This document shows, in pieces, positions 29,104 to 39,108 of a stretch of DNA of 64,000 nucleotides; the first letter of the stretch is position 1, and each line of letters begins with the position of its first letter. Origin of the DNA: an uncultured Rhodopirellula sp. Its GTDB lineage: Bacteria > Planctomycetota > Planctomycetia > Pirellulales > Pirellulaceae. Under the pieces are notes generated by a model. It saw only the letters and a list, made by a program, of their open reading frames with translations, did no database searches and was not told where the DNA came from. The stretch is from assembly GCA_964007735.1 (NCBI GenBank), contig CAXGAI010000004.1, positions 62,001 to 126,000 on the forward strand, given 5' to 3'. Position numbers and translations under genes: made by a program.

Positions 29104-32100
29104 TTACTGGATATAAATAAACTCGCTCGTGCTGAAAACGACTTGGCAAACACTGGCTAAAGCCTGTTGGTAAGCCTGAGCGTCTTCCGCTCCCCCGTTC
29201 TTGAATAACATGAGATGATTCTTAAAGGCTGATGTACAGGATTCTTTTTCATCAGCTGCGATAGCACGCCCTAGTGTGTATTGAAATAATTGCTCAAGCT
29301 GTGCTGGCAAATCATCCGGTGCATCCTGTTGAATACGTCGAGCTAATGCTTGTGCCTGATGTCCCAGAAAATCGCTGTTAAGCATCCATAAGGATTGGGA
29401 CACGGATGCAGAGGCATCACGCTGTTGGCATGCTTCAATCAATAATGGTTGATCAAATACCTGTAGCACCGTTGGGTGATAGTTACGACGATTGAGCAGG
29501 TAGACGCTCCGCCGCCAGGTTGTCTCTGGCGTGACGCTGCTGTAGCCGGCTTCGACTACCATTCCACTGGGGAGATTGACAATATCGTCGAAGCGACCTC
29601 CCATGGTTGGATTTAGTCTTCCACTGGCAAATAGAATGGAATCACGGATTGCCTCAGCCTCCATGCGACGCAGATTTTGCCGCCACAGCAACTTGTTGTC
29701 GGGATCTAATTTGACTGCTTGCTTAGCTTGTCCATCTGATCCGACAGACGATAGCTGCATATAGACCTGACTTGTCATGATTTTCTTTAGGAGCGGTTTA
29801 AGCTGGCGATCATGTTCAACAAAGTAGCAGGCTAAATACTCCAGAAGTTCGGGGTGGGTTGGTTCCATTCCGGACTCTCCGAAATTAGCGGCCGTTTCAA
29901 CAATTCCCACGCCAAATAAATGTTGCCAGATTCGATTTGCACGCACTCGGGCGGCTAAAGCTCCGGTCGGTGAATCCCAATCAGTCAATTGTTGTGCCAG
30001 TCTCAGTCGCCGTCCACTGGTGACATTTCCGATGGGTTGCGGCATTTCTAATACCGTTGGTTCGTCCAATACGGAAAAGATTCCGGCTTCTACTTCAGCT
30101 CCGGGCTTTTCAAATTCACCTCGTCGTAGGATATAGGTTGGTCGAACGCTGCCCACATCGTAAACCGACTGAGCCCAGCCATCGTCCAGATTCTTATTTA
30201 ATTGATTGATCTCGTTGGTGAAGGCCGTAACTTCTTTCTGCTGCACCGCAGGGATAGTGGGCATCACCTGCGCCTGACTGAAGTCAAAAGTTTCACCAAA
30301 CTTTTCAGTAAGGTACTTCTGCACATCACTGCGTTGTTCCTTAGCAACCGTTTGAGCTGCGAGTAGATCTTCCCGAAGGACTTCCGGGATTGCATCGAGT
30401 GTTTTCTGGCGAAGTGCTTTTCGCCCCATTTCAATAATCGCATCAATCTGAGTCTGTCGAGAAGCTTTTTGTTCCTCAATTGCTGTCACTTCCTTTGCTC
30501 CCATCAGTAACAGTTCACGATTCAGTGGTTTGAGCCAATCTCGAGGTTGCCATGCTGTCGTGAAGTTAGCTGTGAACCTGTAATAATCGCGTTGAGAAAT
30601 GGGCTCGAACTTGTGATCGTGACATTTACAGCATTGCATTGTCAGTCCCAAAAGGTTTTGCGCAACGGACTCGGCGGTGCGATGGAGTATGTAATAGCGA
30701 ATACTGAGAATGTTTAGTTCATCCTGATCAGTATCATCGGGAGCGCAACGGAGCATGGTGGTGGCAGTCAAATGCTCTTTAATTCGCTGGTCATAAGTTT
30801 CGGCATTACGCCAGTCCACCATCTCATCGCCGGCTAATTGCTGTTGAATAAAGAAATCGTAGGGTTTGTCTTCATTAAAAGATTTGATTACGTAATCACG
30901 ATATTTCCATTTGCCTTTGGCAGGCTTGACGATAGCCTGATCATTGTCCATCGCATTGGTGTCGCTGTATCCCACGCCATCAAGCCAATGACGTCCCCAG
31001 CGCTCTCCAAAGTGTTTGCTGGACAAGAGACGATCCAGTAAATTCCCCCATGCCTCCGGTGTTGTATCCTGAAGGAAGTTCTGGATTTCCTGCGGAGTGG
31101 GAGGAAGTCCCGTGAGGTCTAGGGATGCTCGGCGTATGAGCGTCAATTTAGGCGCAGTATCCGAAAACGTGAGGTTTTGGCTTTCGAGTCCAACGGCGAT
31201 TAAATCATCGATGGCATTTCGTGATTCGTGGTTTCCCATATTCATGGGAAGCTTAGGTGGCTTTAGATTTTGAAATGCCCAGTGCTCACTCTCCGTTCTT
31301 TGGCTTAAAGCCCGGAGGTTGATAGGCTCCTTTGCCATAGCGCCATCGTCAATCCAGCGCCTTAACAGTTCGAGTTCGGCCACAGAAAGTGGCTCCCCGA
31401 ATTCAGCAGGAGGCATCTCTCCGGATGCAGTGATGTGAAACAGAAAGCTCTTTTGTGCATTGCCCGGTGTGAGGATGGGACCGCTCGTGCCTCCACGATA
31501 AAGATCGATCAGGGCATTCAGTTTCAATCCTCCTTTCGCCTCCTCTCCACTATGACAGTCAGCACACTTGTTTACGAGCAGTGGTTGGATGTCAGATTCA
31601 AAGACCGGTTGCTTTGAGGCCACCTTGTAACTCGCTTCGCCGGCTAGTTTTTGGCTTAGATACTTTCCTACTTGTTGTTGCTCTGCGGTATTAAGAACAC
31701 GATTGAAAGCAAGTATTTCAAATAAGTCTCCGTTGAAGAAATGGGAAGGATCTTGGGAGTGAGAGTGTTGGCCAAGTGTTAGTTGAGCTCCGCCGACAAA
31801 ACCGAGAAAACCTACATCACCCAGGTATCGACCATGTCCCACAGAGGTCCCGTTTTCATATAAGGCCCATCGTTGATTGCCCGCAAAGATCGTTTCAAGG
31901 ATCTGAGGTTGACCATTCCAGGCTCGTTGGCTTGAAGCCGCTTCAGCTCCTGCTGCAACACCAAGGCGTAACCGGCCTTTACTATCAGGATCAAGAGAAT
32001 AGTCTTCATAGCCTATCCAGAATCCTTTGCGTTTGTTGGTATAGCTTTTTTCGCTCTGAATGGAAGAAATGTCGATTAGTCGCGGGCTGCCTGTTGTTTG

Positions 32101-32442
32101 TAGGTCCGCCCGCATCTGAACAAAAATATGAAAGTTCTGTTCCCCCGACAGGAAACCATTGAGTTTTCCAAGGGAGAGTGCGGATTGAGAAAAACGGACT
32201 ACCTTCTTACCATTGAATTCAGTGGTAAGGGGTTGCAGTGGCTGATCATTTTGGGTGAGGTGGTTTTCCTGTCCACTATGGTCAGGCCAGCGAATGACCC
32301 GGCCTTCTTGGGATTCTATATGGTTTGCATCCAGCCACAGAATCAAGCCTTCTGTTGGGAAGGGAGGAGCCTCTGGGAATTCATCAGCCCAAATGAACAC
32401 AGACAAAAGGAACAGATTTAGAGTTGTAAGTATTCGAAACAT
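29104..32442 (-). CDS. LamG-like N-terminal domain + planctomycete cytochrome c + DUF1549 + DUF1553 protein
   Basis: GLILWLDA...FNGDLFEILAFNRVL (LamG-like), CADCH, CCKCHDHKFEP, PTHPELLEYLA, C-terminus STSEFIYIQ. Confidence 0.9.
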   Translation of the reverse strand: MFRILTTLNLFLLSVFIWADEFPEAPPFPTEGLILWLDANHIESQEGRVIRWPDHSGQENHLTQNDQPLQPLTTEFNGKKVVRFSQSALSLGKLNGFLSGEQNFHIFVQMRADLQTTGSPRLIDISSIQSEKSYTNKRKGFWIGYEDYSLDPDSKGRLRLGVAAGAEAASSQRAWNGQPQILETIFAGNQRWALYENGTSVGHGRYLGDVGFLGFVGGAQLTLGQHSHSQDPSHFFNGDLFEILAFNRVLNTAEQQQVGKYLSQKLAGEASYKVASKQPVFESDIQPLLVNKCADCHSGEEAKGGLKLNALIDLYRGGTSGPILTPGNAQKSFLFHITASGEMPPAEFGEPLSVAELELLRRWIDDGAMAKEPINLRALSQRTESEHWAFQNLKPPKLPMNMGNHESRNAIDDLIAVGLESQNLTFSDTAPKLTLIRRASLDLTGLPPTPQEIQNFLQDTTPEAWGNLLDRLLSSKHFGERWGRHWLDGVGYSDTNAMDNDQAIVKPAKGKWKYRDYVIKSFNEDKPYDFFIQQQLAGDEMVDWRNAETYDQRIKEHLTATTMLRCAPDDTDQDELNILSIRYYILHRTAESVAQNLLGLTMQCCKCHDHKFEPISQRDYYRFTANFTTAWQPRDWLKPLNRELLLMGAKEVTAIEEQKASRQTQIDAIIEMGRKALRQKTLDAIPEVLREDLLAAQTVAKEQRSDVQKYLTEKFGETFDFSQAQVMPTIPAVQQKEVTAFTNEINQLNKNLDDGWAQSVYDVGSVRPTYILRRGEFEKPGAEVEAGIFSVLDEPTVLEMPQPIGNVTSGRRLRLAQQLTDWDSPTGALAARVRANRIWQHLFGVGIVETAANFGESGMEPTHPELLEYLACYFVEHDRQLKPLLKKIMTSQVYMQLSSVGSDGQAKQAVKLDPDNKLLWRQNLRRMEAEAIRDSILFASGRLNPTMGGRFDDIVNLPSGMVVEAGYSSVTPETTWRRSVYLLNRRNYHPTVLQVFDQPLLIEACQQRDASASVSQSLWMLNSDFLGHQAQALARRIQQDAPDDLPAQLEQLFQYTLGRAIAADEKESCTSAFKNHLMLFKNGGAEDAQAYQQALASVCQVVFSTSEFIYIQ

Positions 32443-32519
32443 CACAATCCGTGGGAACAATGGAACAGCTTTACTGCTCGCATTATACGAAATCGAGATT
32501 GTGATTTCGAGAAATGAGT

Positions 32520-33197
32520 TTAAGCACGAGGGTGAATTAACAGCACGTGGTTTTCCAGTTCATTGAGATTGGTTTCACCGGGAGGGATTTTTTCTGCGAG
32601 ATGTTCGGCAAGTTGTTCAACACCAGTAATTAATCCCCCGGAGATATCTTTTTGTTTGATGTGAGAAATGACGAGCGCACAAATCTCATCTAAGACCTGC
32701 TGTTCTAAGGCTTCGATTGCCAGACGGTCACATAAGATGGAGGCACGACGTTCAGCCAGACTTATGTACAGTAAGACAGAGCCCGCGCTGCGAGGAGACG
32801 AGAGAATCGCATCGGACAGAACAATTTGTGCAGACCTTGTTACTTCTTCGTTCACTTCTGAGCGGGAGACAACTAATGCCCGTAATGGTTTGGAAAAACT
32901 GGCAAAGATCGTTCCAAGAATAAATCCGCCGGTCACAAGAGCTGATTGCATGAGCAGACTAAACACCGGAGGAGAACTCCATTGTCCCTCGGTATCCAGT
33001 GATTGAGCAATTAAATGTCCGCCAGCCAGTCCAAGTAATGCTCCGATAGCCCCGAAGATGGATTCTGCTCGGTCATAGCGTCCCGATTCCGTGGCTACCG
33101 CACAAACGATCTCGGCACCCGTTTTCGTTTCTGCTTCCTGAATAGAACTCTCGATAAGCCCTACTTGTTCCTGGCTGATTATTTTCGTTGCATTCAT
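32520..33197 (-). CDS. TPM domain membrane protein (type usually last in lemA-TPM operons)
   Basis: IQEAETKTGAEIV, two TM helices, VLLYISLAERR, NELEN. Confidence 0.8.
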   Translation of the reverse strand: MNATKIISQEQVGLIESSIQEAETKTGAEIVCAVATESGRYDRAESIFGAIGALLGLAGGHLIAQSLDTEGQWSSPPVFSLLMQSALVTGGFILGTIFASFSKPLRALVVSRSEVNEEVTRSAQIVLSDAILSSPRSAGSVLLYISLAERRASILCDRLAIEALEQQVLDEICALVISHIKQKDISGGLITGVEQLAEHLAEKIPPGETNLNELENHVLLIHPRA

Positions 33198-33226
33198 TGA
33201 TTAAATTCTACTTTCTGATAACTAGG

Positions 33227-33310
33227 TTACCAACTACCGGAGGCTCCACCGCCACCACTTGATCCACCACTGAAGCCGCCACCACTGAAGCCGCCACCGC
33301 CACCGCCCCA
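33227..33310. repeat. Gly-rich tail repeat, copy 1 (other copies at about 34181-34267 and 35123-35203)
   Basis: Near-identical DNA encoding GGGGFSGGGFSGGSSGGGGASGSW in three consecutive genes. Confidence 0.9.
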
Positions 33311-34174
33311 GCTCCCGCTACTGTAGTTACGCCCACTGCCGCCTCCTAATGCCTCAAGTACACGCCGTGGCAAAATACCTATAAACGTTATCAAGGCGAT
33401 AATGAGAAAGGGGGGGTAACTAGCAAATATGATGAGTCCTATTCCTACACAGGAGCAGGCCTGTTGTTTGTAAGAGTCACTTTCGGACTTAATCCCAAGT
33501 ATTAATAACCAGATACCTAACGGTAAAAGTATTATTCTTAGGAGCCAGAATGAGATTCCACTGCCGCTTCTAACGAATGAGAATAACATAGGAATATTAG
33601 ACTTGGGCTTTGGTAAGCTGTCTATTTCTCCTTCCGGACCAACAGCCACCATTTCTAAGAGAGCTTCGACACCTTCCGTTATCCCGGAGGAATAGTCTCC
33701 CGCCTTAAAGTGTGGAATCATGACATTATCCATAATATCCTGACAATGGTTGTCGAATTGATACCCCCAGTCTGCTCCTAATTCAATGCGTCCTTTGCGG
33801 TCATTCACAGAGATTAATAACAGAACGCCCTGGTTTTTACCGTTGGTATTCACCGTTCCAATTTCCCATTGATTGAACCACTGAGTTGCAAATGGTTCGA
33901 TATGTGGTTGGTGATGTCCGTAGGATGCCATTCGGGTAACGACGACCACAATGATTGGTGTGTCGTACTCTTCAAAAGCGATCCTTTGTGCTTCCCCGAT
34001 GCGGTCGATATCGCTGCCGTCATTAATTACGCCGGCATAGTCCTGTATAAAGTCTCCGTGACCGTCTTGAGCGGGGGTAGGCGGAATACGTATCTCTGCG
34101 GACGCGGGGCCTTCTAATAAAAGCAAACAAGTACAACAGAGTATTAATTTGAAGCGTTGTTTTTTATCCATCAT
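33227..34174 (-). CDS. TPM domain protein (YgcG-like) with Gly-rich tail, copy 3
   Basis: QDYAGVI, FNQWEIG...NQGVLLLIS..DRKGRIELG, PHFKAGDY, TM helices, GGGGASGSW end. Confidence 0.9.
   Translation of the reverse strand: MMDKKQRFKLILCCTCLLLLEGPASAEIRIPPTPAQDGHGDFIQDYAGVINDGSDIDRIGEAQRIAFEEYDTPIIVVVVTRMASYGHHQPHIEPFATQWFNQWEIGTVNTNGKNQGVLLLISVNDRKGRIELGADWGYQFDNHCQDIMDNVMIPHFKAGDYSSGITEGVEALLEMVAVGPEGEIDSLPKPKSNIPMLFSFVRSGSGISFWLLRIILLPLGIWLLILGIKSESDSYKQQACSCVGIGLIIFASYPPFLIIALITFIGILPRRVLEALGGGSGRNYSSGSWGGGGGGFSGGGFSGGSSGGGGASGSW
33806..34167. repeat. 362-bp direct repeat, copy A
   Basis: Identical by eye to 34748-35109 (offset 942). The ORF track shows identical 82-aa antisense ORFs in both copies. 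Confidence 0.9.
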
Positions 34175-34180
34175 TGATTT

Positions 34181-35116
34181 CTACCAACTACCGGAGGCTC
34201 CACCGCCACCACTTGATCCACCACTAAAGCCGCCACCACTAAAGCCGCCACCGCCACCGCCACCCCAACTGCCGCCGCTGTAACTACTTCCACCGCCACC
34301 CCCACCCAAGACGATCATCACGGCGATCATCGCTAAGAAAAGTAAAGGTGGAAAAACTCCTAAAATGATTAAAAAACCCCCACACCAAAAAGCGGTAGTC
34401 CTTAAGGAGCCGGACTCTAATTTCCTACCAGCCATCACAATGCCGATAATGCCTAAAGCAATGGCGACGATTCGGAAGGGCCAACCAGCAAAGAGTATGT
34501 TTTTCGAAGATCGGGACATTTTCTTAAACGAATAGCTTTTGGCTTTCGAACCAGCGATATTTTGAACGTTACCGTGAATACCCTCTTTGGCCATCTTTAG
34601 CAAGCTTTCGACACCTTCTGTAATGCCGAGCGAATAGTCTCCCGCTTTAAAGTATGGAATCATGACATCATCCATAATGACTTGACAGTGGTTATCAAAA
34701 TTTCTCCCCCAGTCTGCTCCTAATTCAATGCGTCCTTTGCGGTCACCCACAGAGATTAATAACAGAACGCCCTGGTTTTTACCGTTGGTATTCACCGTTC
34801 CAATTTCCCATTGATTGAACCACTGAGTTGCAAATGGTTCGATATGTGGTTGGTGATGTCCGTAGGATGCCATTCGGGTAACGACGACCACAATGATTGG
34901 TGTGTCGTACTCTTCAAAAGCGATCCTTTGTGCTTCCCCGATGCGGTCGATATCGCTGCCGTCATTAATTACGCCGGCATAGTCCTGTATAAAGTCTCCG
35001 TGACCGTCTTGAGCGGGGGTAGGCGGAATACGTATCTCTGCGGACGCGGGGCCTTCTAATAAAAGCAAACAAGTACAACAGAGTATTAATTTGAAGCGTT
35101 GTTTTTTATTCATCAT
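34181..35116 (-). CDS. TPM domain protein (YgcG-like) with Gly-rich tail, copy 2
   Basis: N-terminal about 135 aa almost identical to copy 3; different TM region; same tail. Confidence 0.9.
   Translation of the reverse strand: MMNKKQRFKLILCCTCLLLLEGPASAEIRIPPTPAQDGHGDFIQDYAGVINDGSDIDRIGEAQRIAFEEYDTPIIVVVVTRMASYGHHQPHIEPFATQWFNQWEIGTVNTNGKNQGVLLLISVGDRKGRIELGADWGRNFDNHCQVIMDDVMIPYFKAGDYSLGITEGVESLLKMAKEGIHGNVQNIAGSKAKSYSFKKMSRSSKNILFAGWPFRIVAIALGIIGIVMAGRKLESGSLRTTAFWCGGFLIILGVFPPLLFLAMIAVMIVLGGGGGGSSYSGGSWGGGGGGGFSGGGFSGGSSGGGGASGSW
34748..35109. repeat. 362-bp direct repeat, copy B
   Basis: Identical by eye to 33806-34167. Confidence 0.9.
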
Positions 35117-35122
35117 TGATTC

Positions 35123-36187
35123 CTACCAACTTCCAGAGGCACCTCCGCCACCACTTGATCCACCACTAAAGCCGCCACCACTAAAGCCGCCACCACCGCC
35201 CCAGCTTCCGCCACCGCCGCCACCCCAGCCTCCGCTATAGCTATCGCCGATAGCGTAGCCGTCTGATTTGCCGAGATTTCGGAAAAAGTTAAGAATGGCT
35301 TCTCTCCAATATGCCCAGCTTGTGATATTGGTTTTAAATTGCTGCCATCTATCTCGCAGAGATGGTCTTTGGGGACGAGGGTCGAGTCCTTTGGCGACGC
35401 GATATGACTTATAAACGAATGAGCCTAGAAGGACCAAGCCAAGTATGGGAAGACAAACATAGGGTACGACAACACACCCTATTATCAAGACGAACGTTGC
35501 CAGGGAGAGAGCTATACCCGCAGCGTTCTCTCGTTCACGCCATGCCACAATCATTAACATGACGAGAATGGCGCAGCCGATTAATCCGAAGAATATGATC
35601 GCTGGGTTAAATGCCATGGTAGCAGAAGAAGGCGAGTTGTGTGGACCGGTTTGAACCATCGCCAGCAGTTGCTCAGTACCTTTACGTAAACCAGTGGCGT
35701 AGTCGCCCCGTTTGAAGTAAGGAACCATTTTGCGGTTCATGATTTTTTGGCAATGTGTATCAAATGCTAGGCCCCAGTCGGCGCCTAATTCAATTCGACA
35801 CCTACGCTCTTTTTTAACCAGCAGAATCATAATCCCCTGATTCTTGCCATTGACGGTTTCTGTTCCAATTTTCCAGCGGTTAAACCAGGCGGTTGCCAGT
35901 TTTTCGAAATCGTCCGGGTGGTAGCCGAACGGTTTCATTGTTTCAATCGTGACGATGATGATCGGAGTTGAGTGATCAACAAATGCTTCTTCCTGCAGAT
36001 TACCGATTCGTTCAAAATCCTGCTCTTCATTGATGAAAACGGCAGCGTAATCCTGGACGAAAAAACCGATACCGTTGAGTGCCGGAGCTGGCGGTATACC
36101 AACGGCTTGGCTAACGTTTACGAGTGCGACCATTTGAAGAGAGAGGCACACGACAAAAAACGGAAAAGATGTACGAGGCAAAGTCAT
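35123..36187 (-). CDS. TPM domain protein (YgcG-like) with Gly-rich tail, copy 1 (more diverged)
   Basis: QDYAAV, WFNRWKIG...NQGIMILL...RIELGADWG, PYFKRGDY, TM helices, GGGGASGSW. Confidence 0.9.
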   Translation of the reverse strand: MTLPRTSFPFFVVCLSLQMVALVNVSQAVGIPPAPALNGIGFFVQDYAAVFINEEQDFERIGNLQEEAFVDHSTPIIIVTIETMKPFGYHPDDFEKLATAWFNRWKIGTETVNGKNQGIMILLVKKERRCRIELGADWGLAFDTHCQKIMNRKMVPYFKRGDYATGLRKGTEQLLAMVQTGPHNSPSSATMAFNPAIIFFGLIGCAILVMLMIVAWRERENAAGIALSLATFVLIIGCVVVPYVCLPILGLVLLGSFVYKSYRVAKGLDPRPQRPSLRDRWQQFKTNITSWAYWREAILNFFRNLGKSDGYAIGDSYSGGWGGGGGGSWGGGGGFSGGGFSGGSSGGGGASGSW

Positions 36188-36430
36188 CTAACAGGTTAAT
36201 AGGTTATCCAGATTGCGAAATTAGAAATAGATCAAAGCCTACATCTGTAACGATGCTAAACCGAGAAAAGATGAGGCGCTTTTTCTAATCATATTGTGAC
36301 GAAATCTCACACATTTCACAAAGATTGCTAGATAACCATCGGTGAGATGGGACAGACATATAGTCGCAACTCCTCTTGCTCAGATATAATGAGTACAGAA
36401 AAAAATTCTGTCACCGATTTTATAGATATC

Positions 36431-37837
36431 ATGTTATCGATATTTGATTCAAAACAACCGATGAATCGTCGAGCTATGTTGCAGATAGGCGGCTTAGGAT
36501 TGGCAGGCGCAACGGGTTTGGATTTGAGCCAGTTATTGGCCGCGAAAGCAGAGAAGAATCACTATACGACGGGGAAGTCGGTTATTTTCTTGCTGCAACA
36601 TGGTGGTCCTACTCAACATGAAACGTTTGATCCTAAAATGGATGTAGACGAGGCCATAAGAACGGTTGGCGGAGTAACGCAAACCAAGATTCCAGGCGTT
36701 CATTTTGGCCGTTCGTTGTCCAGATTGGCCGGTTTGGCGGATAAATTGGCAATAGTTAGATCCTACGTTGGTGGTAGTAGTGGACACGGAATTCGGCCGA
36801 TCGTAAGTAATGAAACACTTAGAGCCAACTTAGGATCAGTTTATGCTCGTTTGGTCACAACCAATCATTCGACTACCGGTATTCCCACTAACATCGCCAT
36901 CGACCCAACAGCTGTGGAGCCCAAAGATAATGGTCCTGACGTAAGGTTTGGAACGTTCGTCCAAACGGGGGAGTTAGAAAAAATGTACGCACCATTCGTC
37001 CCTGGTGGTGGTTCTAACATGCAAAAGAACATGCAACTCGCTTTACCAATCTCTCGGTTTGATGATCGGAAAGGATTACTGCAATCTCTGGATGCTTTGA
37101 AGAGTGAAATTGATAGTACGGGTGTGCTTGAAGGAGTGGGTAAGTTTCGCGAGCAGGCTTATGACATGCTTATTCGGGGTGTTGCGGAAGCATTTGATGT
37201 GACGAAAGAAGATCCCGCGACGCTTGCTCGATATGATACATCACACTTCATCAGTGATACGAAGTACGTTGATAAAAAGAATGGAATGAGTGAGAGACAC
37301 TGGTATCAAACCAACGCTCGCACGCTTGGGCGTTTGTTGCTCTTGGCTCGCCGATTATGTGAGGCCGGTGCCGGGTTTGTCACAGTTACCACTCAGTTTG
37401 TATGGGATATGCACGCAGATCGAAATAATCTGGGAGTTGGACGAGGAATGGAGGCTGTGGGTAATCCTTATGATCATGCTGTTTCAGCCTTTATCGAGGA
37501 TTGTGAAGCGCGGGGGCTAAGCGATGACATTATGCTTGTTAGTACGGGAGAAATGGGGCGGACGCCACGTATCAACAAAAATGGAGGAAGAGACCACTGG
37601 GGGCGGATTGCTCCTTTGATGGTCTATGGTGGCGGGGTTACTCACGGCCAGATAATCGGGCAGTCGACTAAGGATGGAGGCGAACCTATCACTTCACCCT
37701 GGAAGAACGAAAATCTTGTAGCCACCATGCTGCATAATCTATTTGACATTGGTGAGTTGCGACTGGAATCCGGATTACCGGTCGATCTTGTCCGATTTGC
37801 TACAACGGGTACCCCGATTTCCGGCTTAACGATCTAG
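36431..37837 (+). CDS. DUF1501 protein (orphan, different subtype)
   Basis: MLSIF...NRRAMLQIGGLGL, GGPTQHETFDPK, WDMH, GEMGRTPRINKNGGRDHW. Confidence 0.88.
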   Translation: MLSIFDSKQPMNRRAMLQIGGLGLAGATGLDLSQLLAAKAEKNHYTTGKSVIFLLQHGGPTQHETFDPKMDVDEAIRTVGGVTQTKIPGVHFGRSLSRLAGLADKLAIVRSYVGGSSGHGIRPIVSNETLRANLGSVYARLVTTNHSTTGIPTNIAIDPTAVEPKDNGPDVRFGTFVQTGELEKMYAPFVPGGGSNMQKNMQLALPISRFDDRKGLLQSLDALKSEIDSTGVLEGVGKFREQAYDMLIRGVAEAFDVTKEDPATLARYDTSHFISDTKYVDKKNGMSERHWYQTNARTLGRLLLLARRLCEAGAGFVTVTTQFVWDMHADRNNLGVGRGMEAVGNPYDHAVSAFIEDCEARGLSDDIMLVSTGEMGRTPRINKNGGRDHWGRIAPLMVYGGGVTHGQIIGQSTKDGGEPITSPWKNENLVATMLHNLFDIGELRLESGLPVDLVRFATTGTPISGLTI

Positions 37838-37840
37838 GTA

Positions 37841-38962
37841 TTATTCACCGACAGACGCTTGCTTCTGATCCAACTCCCCGCACAACTGGAGTGCACGCAG
37901 CGGGAAAAATGTGCCACTATAAGTGATGAAGTGTGGCCCATCGGTATTTAAAGAACGTGTCCACCATCGTCCTGATTCACGCTGATTGGCTTTAATCCAT
38001 TGAATACCTGACTGAACAGACTTGTGATCGGTTGGTACGCCGGCATCTCGAAGTAGCATGACGGCAAAGCCGGTTTGATGACCATCACTAGGTGGGGCGT
38101 CTTTTTCAGGTTCGGCATTTAGCTTGTCTTTGCGACTGCCACCCCCCCATGTATCCGGTGTGCCAAACGTACGGATAGACCAACCGCCGTCATCTTGTTG
38201 ATGAGCAAGAATCATCTTCACGGTGTCATCTCGCAATTGATGACTGATCAAACCATCCCATTTGGTGGATGCCCATAGCAGTAAGAGGCGAGCATAATCA
38301 TGAGGTGGCTTTGTTGTCTGTAAATAGTTCTTAAGAATATCGATCTGCTTTTGCTGTTCATCGGTTACCTGCTTTAGATAGCCTGGAGCTGTGGCTAGTG
38401 CCATTGCTGCAATCGTCGCTCCGTGATAGGAACTGGATTCAAAAGGAGGCCAGCAATCGAGATTGCTGTAGCTGCCATCTTCGGACTGAACCGTGAGCAT
38501 CAGATCCAGAGCTTCTTTAGTTTCAGCAGATAGTTTTCCCTGAACTTCGTCATACGCAGCCAGTCCGTTGGCAACATAGGCCAATTGAGTTGGCTTCAGA
38601 CCCGACTTGATAGCAGTAGCCGGAGCACGTTTGAATTTAGACGACTCAAGCACGAAGAACTTACGGTGTTGCTCCACCTGTTCTTTGAACATGGGGCCAA
38701 GTGTTGGGGCTAGCTGCATGAATGTACCGTTGGTGTGACAGGAAACGCACTTGCGATGTTCTGTCCATGCCTGACTTCCTTTCGCCAGATAGTCTTTAGC
38801 AGCGGACAAAGAGAAGGATTTCCTAATGGGTTCATCCGCCGTAGCCCCCGCGATAGAAATAGAGCCCGCTTCATACTGGGGTTGTTCTGCAAAGACAAGT
38901 GTAGTGAAACTGTACAGAAGCAGCAAACTGGCGATTGCAGACGGCGACAATATTCTTTTCAT
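37841..38962 (-). CDS. Exported prenyltransferase/squalene-oxidase-repeat (alpha-barrel) protein with CxxCH, paralog 2
   Basis: Signal peptide from ATG 38962, CVSCH, QW-like motifs QSEDGSY, QQDDGGW, QRESGRW. Confidence 0.8.
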   Translation of the reverse strand: MKRILSPSAIASLLLLYSFTTLVFAEQPQYEAGSISIAGATADEPIRKSFSLSAAKDYLAKGSQAWTEHRKCVSCHTNGTFMQLAPTLGPMFKEQVEQHRKFFVLESSKFKRAPATAIKSGLKPTQLAYVANGLAAYDEVQGKLSAETKEALDLMLTVQSEDGSYSNLDCWPPFESSSYHGATIAAMALATAPGYLKQVTDEQQKQIDILKNYLQTTKPPHDYARLLLLWASTKWDGLISHQLRDDTVKMILAHQQDDGGWSIRTFGTPDTWGGGSRKDKLNAEPEKDAPPSDGHQTGFAVMLLRDAGVPTDHKSVQSGIQWIKANQRESGRWWTRSLNTDGPHFITYSGTFFPLRALQLCGELDQKQASVGE

Positions 38963-39108
38963 CGATTTGAACCTTAATGAGAGCAAGTAAGACGGACCGG
39001 TGAGGGAATTTATCCTACCAAATGAGAGCCTTGTCAGCTTAAAAATTAAGCAAGGCAATGTAATTGGGGAACGGTGGAAATGCAGGGTTTTCCCATCCTT
39101 TTTATTTT

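Noticed and set aside
33869..35059. Two identical 82-aa plus-strand ORFs
   Set aside because: Antisense by-products of the 362-bp repeat inside the TPM genes.
33227..35230. CCGCCA-rich repeats as CRISPR or a phase-variable SSR
   Set aside because: They are Gly-codon runs in protein tails, spaced about 950 bp apart and in frame, with no cas genes.
36295..36311. TGTGA-N7-TCACA as a CRP site
   Set aside because: The spacer is 7 nt rather than 6. It could bind another regulator, but nothing supports that.
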